Assembly (NCBI GenBank): GCA_963779615.1
Contig: CAVZZA010000003.1
Span: 768,001 to 832,000, forward strand
DNA length: 64,000 nt
DNA from: an uncultured Nitrososphaeraceae archaeon
GTDB taxonomy: Archaea; Thermoproteota; Nitrososphaeria; Nitrososphaerales; Nitrososphaeraceae
Reading direction: 5' to 3'
In this document: positions 1-11,237 of the stretch, one piece after another
Position numbering within the stretch: position 1 is the first letter of the stretch
Layout of the letters: each line of letters opens with the position of its first letter
The notes under the pieces: generated by a model
What the model was told of the DNA's origin: nothing
The model's input: the letters and a program-made list of their open reading frames with translations, nothing else
Database searches by the model: none
Program-made: the position numbers and the translations under genes

Positions 1-234
1 TTTGACAGGCAGCTGAAGACCACCTATATCGATAATAAAAAAAGGGATAGCAGCGTTAGACATCTGTTTTTTTTTGAGGGGGCAGTTAAGCCACACAACA
101 AAGCAATTGACGATAACATATCAGGACTTAATGCTATCTGGCATAAGTCCTCCATAGAAAATGGAACAGTACCAAGTTCAGGCATTGATACCTATGCTCG
201 AGGGTTTGCAGTAATAAATGGACTTATATTCTAA
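1..234 (+). CDS. Partial CDS (3' end), unknown product
   Basis: Frame 1 is open from base 1 to TAA at 232-234 (FDRQLKTTY...GFAVINGLIF*); not in the ORF track because it has no start. Confidence 0.5.
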   Translation, partial: FDRQLKTTYIDNKKRDSSVRHLFFFEGAVKPHNKAIDDNISGLNAIWHKSSIENGTVPSSGIDTYARGFAVINGLIF

Positions 235-706
235 AACATTTACATGATATTACAAAAAGTAACAATAATCCAATGATTACAAAAAATTTCATCCAAACAT
301 TATGTGGATATAATACATAAATACCATATACAGAAAAATGAAATTATTTTCTTTTTATCGAGTTTAATGGAATAAGTAACATTAAACATTGGCAAGACCT
401 AACCCTATTGGTTTTAGCGTGTAGCGTATTAATGACATATAAAAACGCATGGATAAATAACCTTGATTAACAAAGTTAAAAAATACAAAAACCACACAAA
501 GAAAAACTAGTTCATTACTATACTCTATCCGTTTTATTCAAATGTCATAGAGGTAGAGTTAGTTTATTCATTTTCATATACATGCTAAAACATATTTCCA
601 ATTGGTCATAGAGATGTTAAATTCTAACCCAAGAAGCAGATCCTCATCAAAACCACAAATATTATTGTTATACCTTAATAACCTATAATGAACATGTATA
701 ATAAAT

Positions 707-1432
707 ATGGGCCTTATTGATCGTTTTTCAACAATTTTTAAATCAAAAGCAAACACTCTTGCAGACAAATTAGAAAACCCAAATGAAACACTAGATTATT
801 CTTTTGAGAAACAAAATGAATTGATAGTCAACTTGCGTCGCCAAATTGTTCAGGTGGTGGCAGCTAAAAAACAATTGGAAATGCAAAAGGCAAAACTTAC
901 ATCCAGCATTACCACTTTGGACCAACAAGCTAAAAGTGCGCTCAATTCCAATAGAGAAGACCTGGCAAGATTGGCTTTGGAAAGAAAGAACAGCATCATG
1001 TCACAAGTACAGAATCTGGATAAACAAATAGCAGATATACAAAGTGAGCAAATAAAACTAGAGAACACAGAAAGGCGTCTTTCAGCAAAAATCGATGAAT
1101 TCAAATCGAGAAAGGAGATCATAAAAGCACAGTATTCATCTGCCGAAGCTCAAGTAAGGATAAAGGAAAGTGTCACAGGCATTTCAGAGGAAATGAGTGA
1201 TGTTGGAATGGCATTAGGTAGAGCTGAAGAAAAGACAGAGAGGATGAAGGCCAAAGCACAGGCATTAGATGAAATGACAGAATCTGGAATGTTGACGGAT
1301 TTTACTTCTTCATCATCATCCTATTCTACCGGAGGTACGGATATTGATTCAGAGCTCAATAAAGTTTCCATGGATGCGACCGTTGATCAGGAATTGGCCA
1401 AGATGAAGGCTGATTTGAATAAAACTCAATGA
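707..1432 (+). CDS. pspA: PspA/IM30 family protein
   Basis: N-terminal amphipathic MGLIDRFSTIFKSKAN, LENP motif, REDLARLALERK, long coiled coil, C-terminal VDQELAKMK. Confidence 0.93.
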   Translation: MGLIDRFSTIFKSKANTLADKLENPNETLDYSFEKQNELIVNLRRQIVQVVAAKKQLEMQKAKLTSSITTLDQQAKSALNSNREDLARLALERKNSIMSQVQNLDKQIADIQSEQIKLENTERRLSAKIDEFKSRKEIIKAQYSSAEAQVRIKESVTGISEEMSDVGMALGRAEEKTERMKAKAQALDEMTESGMLTDFTSSSSSYSTGGTDIDSELNKVSMDATVDQELAKMKADLNKTQ

Positions 1433-1439
1433 TATTGAC

Positions 1440-1817
1440 ATGTCTGAAAAAAAAGAATATTCCACAGATATGATTAATGACTCTTCGGGTGATAAATACA
1501 ACATCATTGTAAGAGTCTCAGGTCAGGGTCAGTTCAAAGTCAACAGAGAAATTCTTGACAGGATCAATGATATTGACAACTCAATAGTAAGTCTCTTTGA
1601 AAATACTGATACGGATGTTGATGACAATAGCATTAAAGCAAATCAAAAAGAATTAAAAGAAAAGATAGGCGATATCATAAATCTCATTAAAACAAATGGC
1701 ATGCCATTATATGATAAAGAAATTACACAATCCCTCATTATGATTCCAAATCCCGATATTTCTATTGATGAGGCCAAAAAGATTTTTAGAGGAGAAGGCA
1801 TAATTGACGGTTTTTAA
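1440..1817 (+). CDS. PspA-associated protein PspAA-like
   Basis: IIVRVSGQGQF and IPNPDISIDEA...FRGEGII motifs; 7 bp downstream of pspA. Confidence 0.75.
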   Translation: MSEKKEYSTDMINDSSGDKYNIIVRVSGQGQFKVNREILDRINDIDNSIVSLFENTDTDVDDNSIKANQKELKEKIGDIINLIKTNGMPLYDKEITQSLIMIPNPDISIDEAKKIFRGEGIIDGF

Positions 1818-1964
1818 TTGATATAAAAATCTGCTTGCCCAATTTTAAACTAAAACGGCATACCCCAAACGGGACACCATAAATTTACCTCTTTTTCAAA
1901 ATGTAGCTGGTCTTTGATTTGTTCCAAGATTTAACTTATCTGAAAGCAGATACAGCGAATAAAT

Positions 1965-2192
1965 ATGAATAAACACGATGTATCCAAAGACATTCAGGAA
2001 GGCCAATCTAGAATAGATGAAGAGCCAATTAATGAAACAAAAACAGTTGAGGCTACTGTAACTCATGAAGAGATAACTATCGAGAGAGTGTCTCAAAGTG
2101 GACAAACAGAATACAGAGCCATCGGAATCAAAAGAGGATGTAAAGATACCATCAAAGAAAGAGGAAGGGAACGGAATTTTCTACAACATTGA
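1965..2192 (+). pseudogene. YsnF/AvaK (DUF2382) domain fragment
   Basis: EPINETKTVEATVTHEEITIERV resembles DUF2382; short, and the reading degrades afterwards. Confidence 0.55.
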
Positions 2193-2203
2193 TTTTATAT
2201 ATT

Positions 2204-3439
2204 TTATTGTAATTCCAATCTTGTTGCAGTAGTATTGAAATCAATATTATTTGCATCTTTTTGAACGTTTAAGACATTTTCATAAATATCCATATGTTGT
2301 TTGGCAATAATGTCCCATTTTAGTTTTTTCCGAAATTCACTTACACTGACTTTTAATCTCTCATAGTCTCTATCAACCATTTTCAGACCCTCTTCAAAAC
2401 TACGGGCATTCCTTTTGGCAACCACACCTAGATGGAATTTTGAGAATTCTTTAAAAAATCCATTATCAGAAGCTAAAAATGGCTTTCCATGTCCTAAACC
2501 ATCAAACATAGTTCCTGAACCTCCTATTGCCTTATACGGCAAAAAGACTACATCCGATGCAAAAAACAAGATTGACAAATCTTCTTCTGAAAGGTATTCC
2601 CGTCCAAGATTGATTATATTTTTTTTATTGTTGTTTAAATTCAGACCAATTATTTGTTTGTTGTAATGATTTTTAGAATAATTTAGTACAAGTGTCCAGC
2701 CATCGGGTATGTTCATTTTCTCTATAATGTTCCACCCTTTAGTTGCAGTTATGAATCCCTGAACCAATATTATTCTTCCATTTTCTGGCAAAGACAGCAG
2801 CTTTCTTGCCTTTTTTTGTTCAATCTCAACAGAGTGAAAAGGTTCAGAGCCGTGATAGATAACATGAGTGCCCGGAATCAAATTTGCCATATAATTTGAC
2901 AACACTATCCCTGCAGCGCTTTTGGAAAGTGCATAGGAATTTGTTCTTTTAAAAGACGAATAGTTAATCAAATGCTTCCAGTATTCATACAGGTATCGTA
3001 AGTGTAATGTATCTTGTCCATTTATAGTAATAGATTGCATCCACTGCTTAAATTTATAGGATGTATGAAACGTTGTTACTATGGGAACTTTGCAAATAGA
3101 ATAAAATTCATCTATTCCTGTTTTGGTTCTAGAGGGCAGCAATGGATCAATTTTAAAATTATACAAGCCGTGATCATATTGTATATGAACAATATCAGGC
3201 TTTAGTTTTTCTACCAATTCATAGATTATTTCTGAATTGTTTTCTGCAAAAGGCGACAATCCCTTGAAATCAGCTTCTTTCCCATCGGCATTAGAAAGAA
3301 CGTTGATTTTAATACCCTGATGTGACCGTAATGATTTCACTAGATTGTGAGTGTATCTGCCAATGCCCCCTTGCATGGGGGGGTATTCAGTGCAAACCAT
3401 AAGAACACTAAAATCGCTTTTTCTTTCCGCCATAACCAT
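2204..3439 (-). CDS. Glycosyltransferase family 4 (GT-B)
   Basis: TEYPPMQGGIGRYT, DIVHIQY, PIVTTFH, SDVVFLPY...SG...GKP motifs. Confidence 0.9.
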   Translation of the reverse strand: MVMAERKSDFSVLMVCTEYPPMQGGIGRYTHNLVKSLRSHQGIKINVLSNADGKEADFKGLSPFAENNSEIIYELVEKLKPDIVHIQYDHGLYNFKIDPLLPSRTKTGIDEFYSICKVPIVTTFHTSYKFKQWMQSITINGQDTLHLRYLYEYWKHLINYSSFKRTNSYALSKSAAGIVLSNYMANLIPGTHVIYHGSEPFHSVEIEQKKARKLLSLPENGRIILVQGFITATKGWNIIEKMNIPDGWTLVLNYSKNHYNKQIIGLNLNNNKKNIINLGREYLSEEDLSILFFASDVVFLPYKAIGGSGTMFDGLGHGKPFLASDNGFFKEFSKFHLGVVAKRNARSFEEGLKMVDRDYERLKVSVSEFRKKLKWDIIAKQHMDIYENVLNVQKDANNIDFNTTATRLELQ

Positions 3440-3906
3440 TAATGGACAATAAAGTTTAAATAATAATACAATTTCATTTATGCTCTTATTTAAGAGACAG
3501 CAACTCCTTCATTATTTTGAAGAACTTTTCAGCATTTGGATACTCTTTTACGGCTAAAAGGCATTGTTATGGAGCTCATCATTCTAGCCTCGACTAAAAA
3601 AGCATTTAGATTAAAGACACGCTCTATCCACTGAGTTTTCAAAGAAATGAATTTTGGTCTGTATTCAGATTGATTGCATACTTTTTCATCCTATGGAGGA
3701 ACCAATTAACCTTCCCCATTTGGGCAACAAATGTTTTATTTTCATTTTATCCTACATTAAACTTTTGATATTCATCATTTGTTTTCGGATATACAAATAG
3801 TGATGCACTTTATATAATATATCCAAAGTAATAAAAATGATATTGCGAGAGTCAACACCTAATAAATCCTTTCGTTAGTACACATATTTTATTCATAATC
3901 GATTAA

Positions 3907-4830
3907 GAGTCTATCCCAAAATTCGATAGAATTATAGCTTATTATCCATTTCATTAAACTGTGGCGTCTGTCCATAATCCGCACAAGCATACAATCACAA
4001 AGATTCCAGATGAACTATGGGATAAAATTGTTTCAGTTTTGCCAAAGGAAAAACCTGATAATGCTGTTGGTCGTCCAATTGTACCATTTAGAAAAGTAAT
4101 GGATGGCATTCTATACATTCTAAGGACAGGATGCCAGTGGAAAATGCTGCCCAGAGAATATGGTTCCGGTTCCACCTGCCATAGGCGGTTTCAGGAATGG
4201 GTCAGGCTAGATGTTTTCAAAAAGATGTGGATCAGGCTGCTAAAAACATATGACAGCAAAAAGGGAATCAAGTGGACCTGGCAATCCATCGACAGCATAT
4301 CAATAAAGTCATACTTAGGGGGGCGATGACTGGAAGTAATCCCACTGACAGAAGCAAACTTGGCACAAAAAGGCACATTTTAACGGATAAAAACGGAATT
4401 CCACTTTCAGTTGTCATATCATCAGCCAGTACTCATGACATAAAATTGGTAACAGATGTAATGGATAATATGAGTATCAAGCGATCATCACCATCAACGA
4501 AATGCAATTCATCTAGAAAAAGAAAACTACAACACCTATGCCTTGACAAAGCGTACAACTCCAAGACAGTACAACAGGCTATAATCAAACGAGGCTATGT
4601 TCCCCACATACCTTTCAAGAGAAACAGGGGCCAAAAAATAGGGGCGGTATGCCAAAAGAAGTATCCTACCTCTAAAAACAAGCGATGGGTTGTGGAAAGG
4701 ACAAACTCATGGCACAACAGGTTCAGGAAACTGTTCACAAGGTATGAGAAGAAGGTTGGGAACTATCTTGGCTTGGTGCGACTGTCATGCAGTATCATTA
4801 TCTACAGAAAGATAATTTTGGGATAAGCTC
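3907..4830 (+). mobile_element. IS5 family insertion sequence, complete
   Basis: Terminal inverted repeats GAGTCTATCCCAAAATT (3907-3923) and AATTTTGGGATAAGCTC (4814-4830), 15/17 match; flanked by TAA on both sides (3904-3906, 4831-4833). Confidence 0.9.
3961..4826 (+). CDS. IS5 transposase in two overlapping frames (orfA 3961-4329, orfB 4272-4826), -1 shift
   Basis: orfA ILYILRTGCQW...STCHRRF; orfB TKRHILTD..G.PL, LDKAY, KRWVVERTNSWH..FRKL..RYE. Confidence 0.88.
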
Positions 4831-4937
4831 TAAATTGTTAGAAGTATTACGATAGTGGGTTTTGGATCCAATTCCAGATTGGGTAGTTTAATATGACACA
4901 ACACTGTTATCTTATTTTCAATTAGAAATATGTAAAG

Positions 4938-5498
4938 TTATTTTCTCAATTGTCGTGTCCAATCTATGAGGTTCTGAAGCAATTGTCTCAAAAACTTTTT
5001 GGTATTCTCGTCAACTAACTTTCCACTCGAGTCAAATTTATCCTGTGCGAAGGTGACTATAACCTCAGGTGCGTTGATCGGGTGCATATTCAAAAAAACA
5101 AAAATCTGGCGAAGGTGATACTGAGCCCTAGCACCGCCCAACATACCAACAGAGGCACTCATTATCGCAACTGGCTTTTCATTAAATGGATTATCCCCAT
5201 ATGGTCTTGAGGCCCAATCAATTGCGTTTTTTAATACCCCTGGCACTGAATAGTTGTATTCGGGAGTTGCAATCAGAATAGCATCTGCGTCCCTTACTTT
5301 AGATTTAAATTCTTTTACCTTAGCGGGCATCATGTCTCTCTCAATATCCTGATTGAATGCAGGAATGTCGCCAATATCAAAAATCTCCAATTCTACATCC
5401 TCTGGCATGAGATCTGTTGTAGCACGCAAGAGAGATCTATTATAGGAACCGGCCCTCAAACTTCCGGCAAAACCAAGAATCTTTAACATGTCATCCAT
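4938..5498 (-). CDS. NADPH-dependent FMN reductase (ChrR/SsuE-like flavoprotein)
   Basis: GSLRAGSYN, TPEYNYSVPGVLKNAIDW, GGARAQYHLRQ. Confidence 0.93.
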   Translation of the reverse strand: MDDMLKILGFAGSLRAGSYNRSLLRATTDLMPEDVELEIFDIGDIPAFNQDIERDMMPAKVKEFKSKVRDADAILIATPEYNYSVPGVLKNAIDWASRPYGDNPFNEKPVAIMSASVGMLGGARAQYHLRQIFVFLNMHPINAPEVIVTFAQDKFDSSGKLVDENTKKFLRQLLQNLIDWTRQLRK

Positions 5499-5928
5499 AC
5501 ATTTAAAATTGACAGCTTATTCTTTAGGATTTTTTATAAACAAATATGATTAAATATATGGGCTTTCGGCTCTGCGATACCTAAAGCCTAGAAGAATCTA
5601 TGCCTAATTTCATTAAGAATTACCATAAGAATATTTTTTGATTGTATCTAGTTCATAAGACACATGCATTAATGCTTTTAAAAGAAATTGTTGGGCCTTG
5701 GCCTACCCTTGGGTTTTGCTATTCCATTTGTAGATGATGCAACCATACCAAATAAGGAAATGTAAAAAACCATTATTATATTTTATATCCACAAAATAAG
5801 TAAAAGTAGTAGTAGTAGTAGTGTCTTTTAGACGTAAATCAAAGAAAAACCTAGGTATTCTTTTGTGTCCATAGTTTATGATCAAAGGAATAAAACTTTT
5901 AATATGTATGTGTGAATTACCATCAATT

Positions 5929-7002
5929 TCAATTATTATCCTTTCTCCAATCTTCTACGATTACGTTAATAGCTCCATCGTCTTTAAGTAACCGACTAAA
6001 TGGATAACGTTCCCTGAATCCAATATATCCGCAATGGTTATCTCCCCAGCCATGTACTCCCTTATCACAAAAGGATTGGTATATTCCACTAGCCCTGTTT
6101 AACGGAGGTATTTCGAACTTGACGTCACGTTCAGTATAATTTTCGGGAAACGGTTCACCTTTTCTGAGACCGCATAAGCCTAATGGATTTTGATTTTCTG
6201 TATTTATGTATGCCCCCTTAAGTGCATTATCCTCTGGATTGTATAGATTGTAGAACCTATTTACGGTATTTTCTATAGCATTTCCAAAAGGAGCGTTTTT
6301 TGATGTCGATTTATCGTCAATGGCTGCGCCTATTAGATGTACGGAGGCAATGTTGTACACTGTATCCTTCTTCCATATTTGGTCACTATTATTGACCAAG
6401 ATTATCAAGGCGCTTTCAACTACTTTTGCCCCTAAAGAATGAGCAATGATTCTGATATTGACATGTGGATAGGTATTTTTAAAGTCGGATATGAATTTTG
6501 CAAGCTTTGACCCATTCTGATTTGCTATAGATTTAGCAACATTCCAGCCTGACAGATTTATTGCTGTGTTTGAATCCCAACTAAACCCTATTATTGGATG
6601 ATGATATCTATTTGCATTTAATGATAACTTAGTTCTATCTATTTGTTCTTTAGCAGAGGCCTGTTTAGTCCATACTCCATGGATATATATTACCAAATCT
6701 TTGTTAGGTGGATAAGAATTTCTGTTAAATTCAGGCACATGATAACAGTCGTAGGCGTGCATCTTAGGTAAAGAACTTGGTTTCCCTGTTAAAAGGCTAA
6801 AATGGCCCCTAGTCGATACCATTGGTGTTGTTGATGATGATGATGGTAACGCTATAGAAGGATTTGCATATATGGATTGCATACTCCTTTTGTTTTCGTT
6901 TATATTTTTCAATTTGGTATTCCACATATTCAAAAGGTTGGAGGTGAAAGGACTCTTATGACGCCCTGCCATGGGGTTGTTAAGGGTAACCCAAATAACC
7001 AT
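5929..7002 (-). CDS. Alpha/beta hydrolase (DUF726/DUF900-like)
   Basis: VIYIHG, FSWDS, IAHSLGA nucleophile elbow, YNPEDNAL; true start may be downstream. Confidence 0.75.
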   Translation of the reverse strand: MVIWVTLNNPMAGRHKSPFTSNLLNMWNTKLKNINENKRSMQSIYANPSIALPSSSSTTPMVSTRGHFSLLTGKPSSLPKMHAYDCYHVPEFNRNSYPPNKDLVIYIHGVWTKQASAKEQIDRTKLSLNANRYHHPIIGFSWDSNTAINLSGWNVAKSIANQNGSKLAKFISDFKNTYPHVNIRIIAHSLGAKVVESALIILVNNSDQIWKKDTVYNIASVHLIGAAIDDKSTSKNAPFGNAIENTVNRFYNLYNPEDNALKGAYINTENQNPLGLCGLRKGEPFPENYTERDVKFEIPPLNRASGIYQSFCDKGVHGWGDNHCGYIGFRERYPFSRLLKDDGAINVIVEDWRKDNN

Positions 7003-7745
7003 TTGTTTTAGTTTGCAATAGTAATTTAAATATCTTTATATCGCAATACAACAAAATATATTTTATATCCATACTTTCCAAATGGGAACATTTTGGTTGA
7101 AGAGACAATGATAGTGTTTTTATCGAACTTAATTGGAACATATTGATTTTGCCATCTTTAAATACTTTAAATCCATTTCATATCATGCATTATTAAGATA
7201 ATGACAATCACCTGTTGAAATTGATGTTTTCAGTTACCATTTGACAAGTTTGACAGAAAAAACCCTATTTACCAAATTTATCCAATTGATTAATTAAAAA
7301 ATTTTATAGCCCTCCATTCTTATCGCCTTTTTATATAAATGAGATTATTTCTACTGAATATGCCTTTTTCAACAATAAAAAAAACTTTGATGTATTCCAT
7401 ACAATAAATAATGCAAAAAATTAAACCACAAAAAGCGTACAATATTTTTACAGGTGTTATATTTCCTTTTGGAATACTAGTAAAAGAAAAATGGGCCGTA
7501 TCAATTAGTTTTTATGTTTTCTTCATCCCTTTTCTGATCTCTATAATTATGTTATGCTTATTCAGACCGTTCTAAACTATATCATGGATATAAGTTATTA
7601 TGCACAAAATATATCATGTTCAAAACAATAGGCAAACTACCACTTAAAAGAGAAGTCGGCCATTGCAACTATTTCTACAACAAATTAATTAGGAATCGGT
7701 ATTTTTCACACGCATTCAACAAACATCTGACATTTTATCTAGTAT

Positions 7746-9230
7746 TTGAGAATCGAGAGTAAAATGGTTTATTTTAATGACAACAACACAGAAACACTGT
7801 CTTTTACCGCATTATTTTTCATAATGATTCTCTCCTGCTATTATCTTAATTTACTCTCTTTTAGATCACGTTTATTAATACCAATAATTAAATCGAACCA
7901 AAAGAGACTTCGCATCAGGAATTTAAAACCCAAGAAAAAAGATGGCAATTATCATTCAATTATCAACAATGGTTACCAGAGGGTTAGAATCAACAAGAAT
8001 AATAACAGTCTATTTTTATCAAATAATTGCTTTAATATTGATAAAGACAATAAAGAAAATAACGGATATTCTGCGCATAATTCACTAACTAATTTCCCAT
8101 TTGTTAGCGTAATAGTTCCAGCAAGAAACGAAGAAAAATATATTGAAAGATGTTTATTATCTTTGTTATCCCAAGACTATCCTAATTTTGAGACAATTGC
8201 AGTGGATGATAACTCTTCAGACAATACATTAAAAATAATGAAAGATATCAAAAATAAAACAAAGAAGAAAAAAAATACAGGTTTGTTGCCAGACAAATTA
8301 AAAATCATTTCATTAAAAAGCAAACCTAATGGTTGGACCGGAAAGACTTGGGCTTCCGAACAAGGTTATTTGCAAAGCAAAGGAACGATTTTACTTTTTA
8401 CCGATGCGGACACCAATTATATTTGTAGGGACGTAATACTGCAAACAGTTCTATTTATGCAGAAAGAAGGACTAGATGTACTAACTGGTGTATTTTCTCC
8501 AGAAGAACTGAGCAATTTTTGGGCAAAAATTACGATACCCTTATTGGATTTTGTTATTATTTTGTTTGGCATTGGTTCAGGTGATGTGAACAACCCTAAA
8601 TCAAAAATTGCTCATCTTATGGGCAGCTTCTATCTCGTAAGGAGAAAAGTTTTGGCTGATATTGGTGCGTTTGGAATCGTTCGTGATGAAATACAGGAGG
8701 ACAAAGCACTTGGAGTGATCATTAAAAAAAGAGGGTATAATTTGAGGCTGGTGATACTAAAGGAAATGATGTATACCCTCTGGGCCGACGACCTAGTAAC
8801 ACTTTGGGATGGGATAGGCAGAACTTTGGCTCCGCTTGTAATGAAAAACAGGTTCAAAGTCATCTCAAATTTGTCCATTATCTTTTTTGCGACCATATTG
8901 CCTTTTGTGCTTTTTCCTGTTACTGTATCGATTTTTGTCGAAAGGTTGTCTTTTTTTCCCATTTACCAGGTTCCTTTTAACATTTATCTTTATTTGTCGT
9001 TACTTAATTTAATACCATGTATCATGGTGTTTATTTCGTTTTCGTCAATATGTAGGGTATATAAGGTAAAACCATTTTATTCCCTGGGAAGCCTTTTTGC
9101 AGCAATCTTTGTGATAATCGCGTGTACTTATAACAATGCATCTCTAATGGTTCTTGGAAAAACAGGTCCAATAATATGGCAAGGCAGAGAATACATATAC
9201 AATAAAGAACAAAGCGGATTTACAATATAA
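7746..9230 (+). CDS. Membrane glycosyltransferase family 2 (CrtQ/HpnB-like)
   Basis: VSVIVPARNEE, VDDNSSD, GWTGK, FTDAD, ED motif; N- and C-terminal hydrophobic helices. Confidence 0.88.
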   Translation: MRIESKMVYFNDNNTETLSFTALFFIMILSCYYLNLLSFRSRLLIPIIKSNQKRLRIRNLKPKKKDGNYHSIINNGYQRVRINKNNNSLFLSNNCFNIDKDNKENNGYSAHNSLTNFPFVSVIVPARNEEKYIERCLLSLLSQDYPNFETIAVDDNSSDNTLKIMKDIKNKTKKKKNTGLLPDKLKIISLKSKPNGWTGKTWASEQGYLQSKGTILLFTDADTNYICRDVILQTVLFMQKEGLDVLTGVFSPEELSNFWAKITIPLLDFVIILFGIGSGDVNNPKSKIAHLMGSFYLVRRKVLADIGAFGIVRDEIQEDKALGVIIKKRGYNLRLVILKEMMYTLWADDLVTLWDGIGRTLAPLVMKNRFKVISNLSIIFFATILPFVLFPVTVSIFVERLSFFPIYQVPFNIYLYLSLLNLIPCIMVFISFSSICRVYKVKPFYSLGSLFAAIFVIIACTYNNASLMVLGKTGPIIWQGREYIYNKEQSGFTI

Positions 9231-9697
9231 CCTATTTTGTCATGTCGTATTGATTTTATAGATCCAGTGGAATGAATTTATAGCTACAACCTCATAGGTT
9301 AAATATTTAGTAAAACTTGTTTTCTTTGACTTAAAGTTGACTATTCCACTCTAAATTTTTTCTATTGGATCCATTTTAGCGATTTAACACTTTTTTTCCA
9401 AAACATAATACAATAAAGAAGTCTCAAATTCACATACTAAGTCTAAAAAAAGATAATACAGATAAAGCAATCCATTAAACAAATTGAATTTACGCAGTCA
9501 ACAGTAACATCAAAATTGCACAATCAAACCCTGCAGTTTAGATCAGAATAAGCCCAATAGTTACAGAAACGCGAGAATTTGCTAATTAATTATTTCATGA
9601 TGGCTGTCAATCCCTGTTTCTGTGGCCCCAAAAGGAAAATAAGACAAATTCCGGAAACAGAATTTTCCTCTGGTCAACAGAGTCCCATTCATTGTCA

Positions 9698-10111
9698 TTA
9701 CAAAAAGTGTCTATGTTCCACCATCATACACCTATTGAATACCACATCTATCCCGTTTTCTATTGCCTTTCTTTCTGCTTCTTCATTGTAAATCCCTGAC
9801 TGCATCCAAATTACCTTTAGCCCTTTTTTTGTTATTGCGTCATTTACTACAGCAGGCACATCCTCTGACCTTCTAAAGATATCAACAACATCAACATTCT
9901 CGGGTATTCCAGAGACAGTCGGATATGACTTCCTTCCGAGAATTTCATTTACCGTTGGGTTTACTGGAATCACGTTATATCCATGGTCAATGAGGTATTT
10001 TGGTACAAAATGAGCAGGCTTTTCTTCATTTTTTGACATTCCTACTACAGCAATATTCCTGAACTTTAATATTCTTTGTATATCTAATGGGGAATGTGTG
10101 TCCTTCCTCAT
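9698..10111 (-). CDS. CoA-binding protein (YccU-like)
   Basis: IAVVGMS...KPAH, VIPVNP, VDVVDIFR, IWMQSG, NRCMMVEH. Confidence 0.92.
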   Translation of the reverse strand: MRKDTHSPLDIQRILKFRNIAVVGMSKNEEKPAHFVPKYLIDHGYNVIPVNPTVNEILGRKSYPTVSGIPENVDVVDIFRRSEDVPAVVNDAITKKGLKVIWMQSGIYNEEAERKAIENGIDVVFNRCMMVEHRHFL

Positions 10112-10477
10112 TGAATATCATATCGATTTGATGTTTATTTAATTTTTGATTTTACATCATTACACTTAAGTGGTAATTGAATTCCTATAACAAATATCGA
10201 TACTGTTTTAGGCTTTTCCTAATAGAAAACTAACAAAAATCAAAAAGTCAATCCATCCTTAATTGAGTTATTTAAGGGGCAACAAAAGTTTCTTTGAGAA
10301 TTTTACAAATGAATATAGTAAAACACGCCATGAGCATAGAAACAATATACCGAATAAAAACTAAAAATTTCAAATCATTTAAAGGGCAATTACGATAGGT
10401 CCTAAATAGCGTTATCATCACTAGATATATTAAAACACACTGAATCATTTGATGGGCAATAAATGACTTTGTTTTAA

Positions 10478-10813
10478 TTATATTTTCAAGTAGTCCTGTT
10501 TACCTTTGGGAGTAAGTAGTATGTTTTCTTCATTGGAATCATCAATCAATACATAATTTTTGCTAACTAAATCTTGTTTAACGATATTTTTGAGAGTATC
10601 ATTATTGTTATCATATGCTTTTAAATGGTTTTCTCCAGCACATGCTTTATTATATATGAGATTGAAACTAACAGATTTGTATTCATCGCCTTCTGTTTCA
10701 TCAAACAGATAATTCATAAATCTCCTTCTTAATTCAATTATATCGTCCCCATAATCCATTATAGATACTGAATACGTTTTGCTATATTTAACTATAAGAA
10801 GACAGAAAAACAA
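10478..10813 (-). CDS. Hypothetical protein, possibly winged-helix-like
   Basis: 111-aa ORF; C-terminal LVSKNYV...ILLTPKG resembles a wing; likely start at MDYG. Confidence 0.55.
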   Translation of the reverse strand: MFFCLLIVKYSKTYSVSIMDYGDDIIELRRRFMNYLFDETEGDEYKSVSFNLIYNKACAGENHLKAYDNNNDTLKNIVKQDLVSKNYVLIDDSNEENILLTPKGKQDYLKI

Positions 10814-11237
10814 CTCCTTGCAAAAAATATCTATTTTTTAAAAGGCAGGCAATATATTTTAAACAAACTAATTGACCCAAACAGATATCACCCCAAGGTG
10901 ATAACAAGTTAAGAGAGGATTTCATTAGAATATGTTAATTAGAAAAATGACCTGTTGAGTTAACCATTCTCCAGTTAACGTAAAATACACTATCTCTGCC
11001 ATAATCATGTTAAACAATGACCAAAAGAAACGATGTTGCTGTTGCAAAATTGAATTTCTTTTCCAGAAAATAACAAAACCAGGACATTAATATAGATAAA
11101 ATGGATTATTTCAATCAGCAATATCTACTTGTTATTTGCGATAAATTTATCATCAGGTGGTTTTTAAGGCCAGAGAAATATTTTAAAAGTGTCAACTATT
11201 AAATGTATTATTTTAATATGAATATTGGATATATCTA

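Noticed and set aside
5805-5823. (AGT)n microsatellite; also (GCAA)n near 62060 and (CG)n near 62390
   Set aside because: Short simple repeats with no evident functional context
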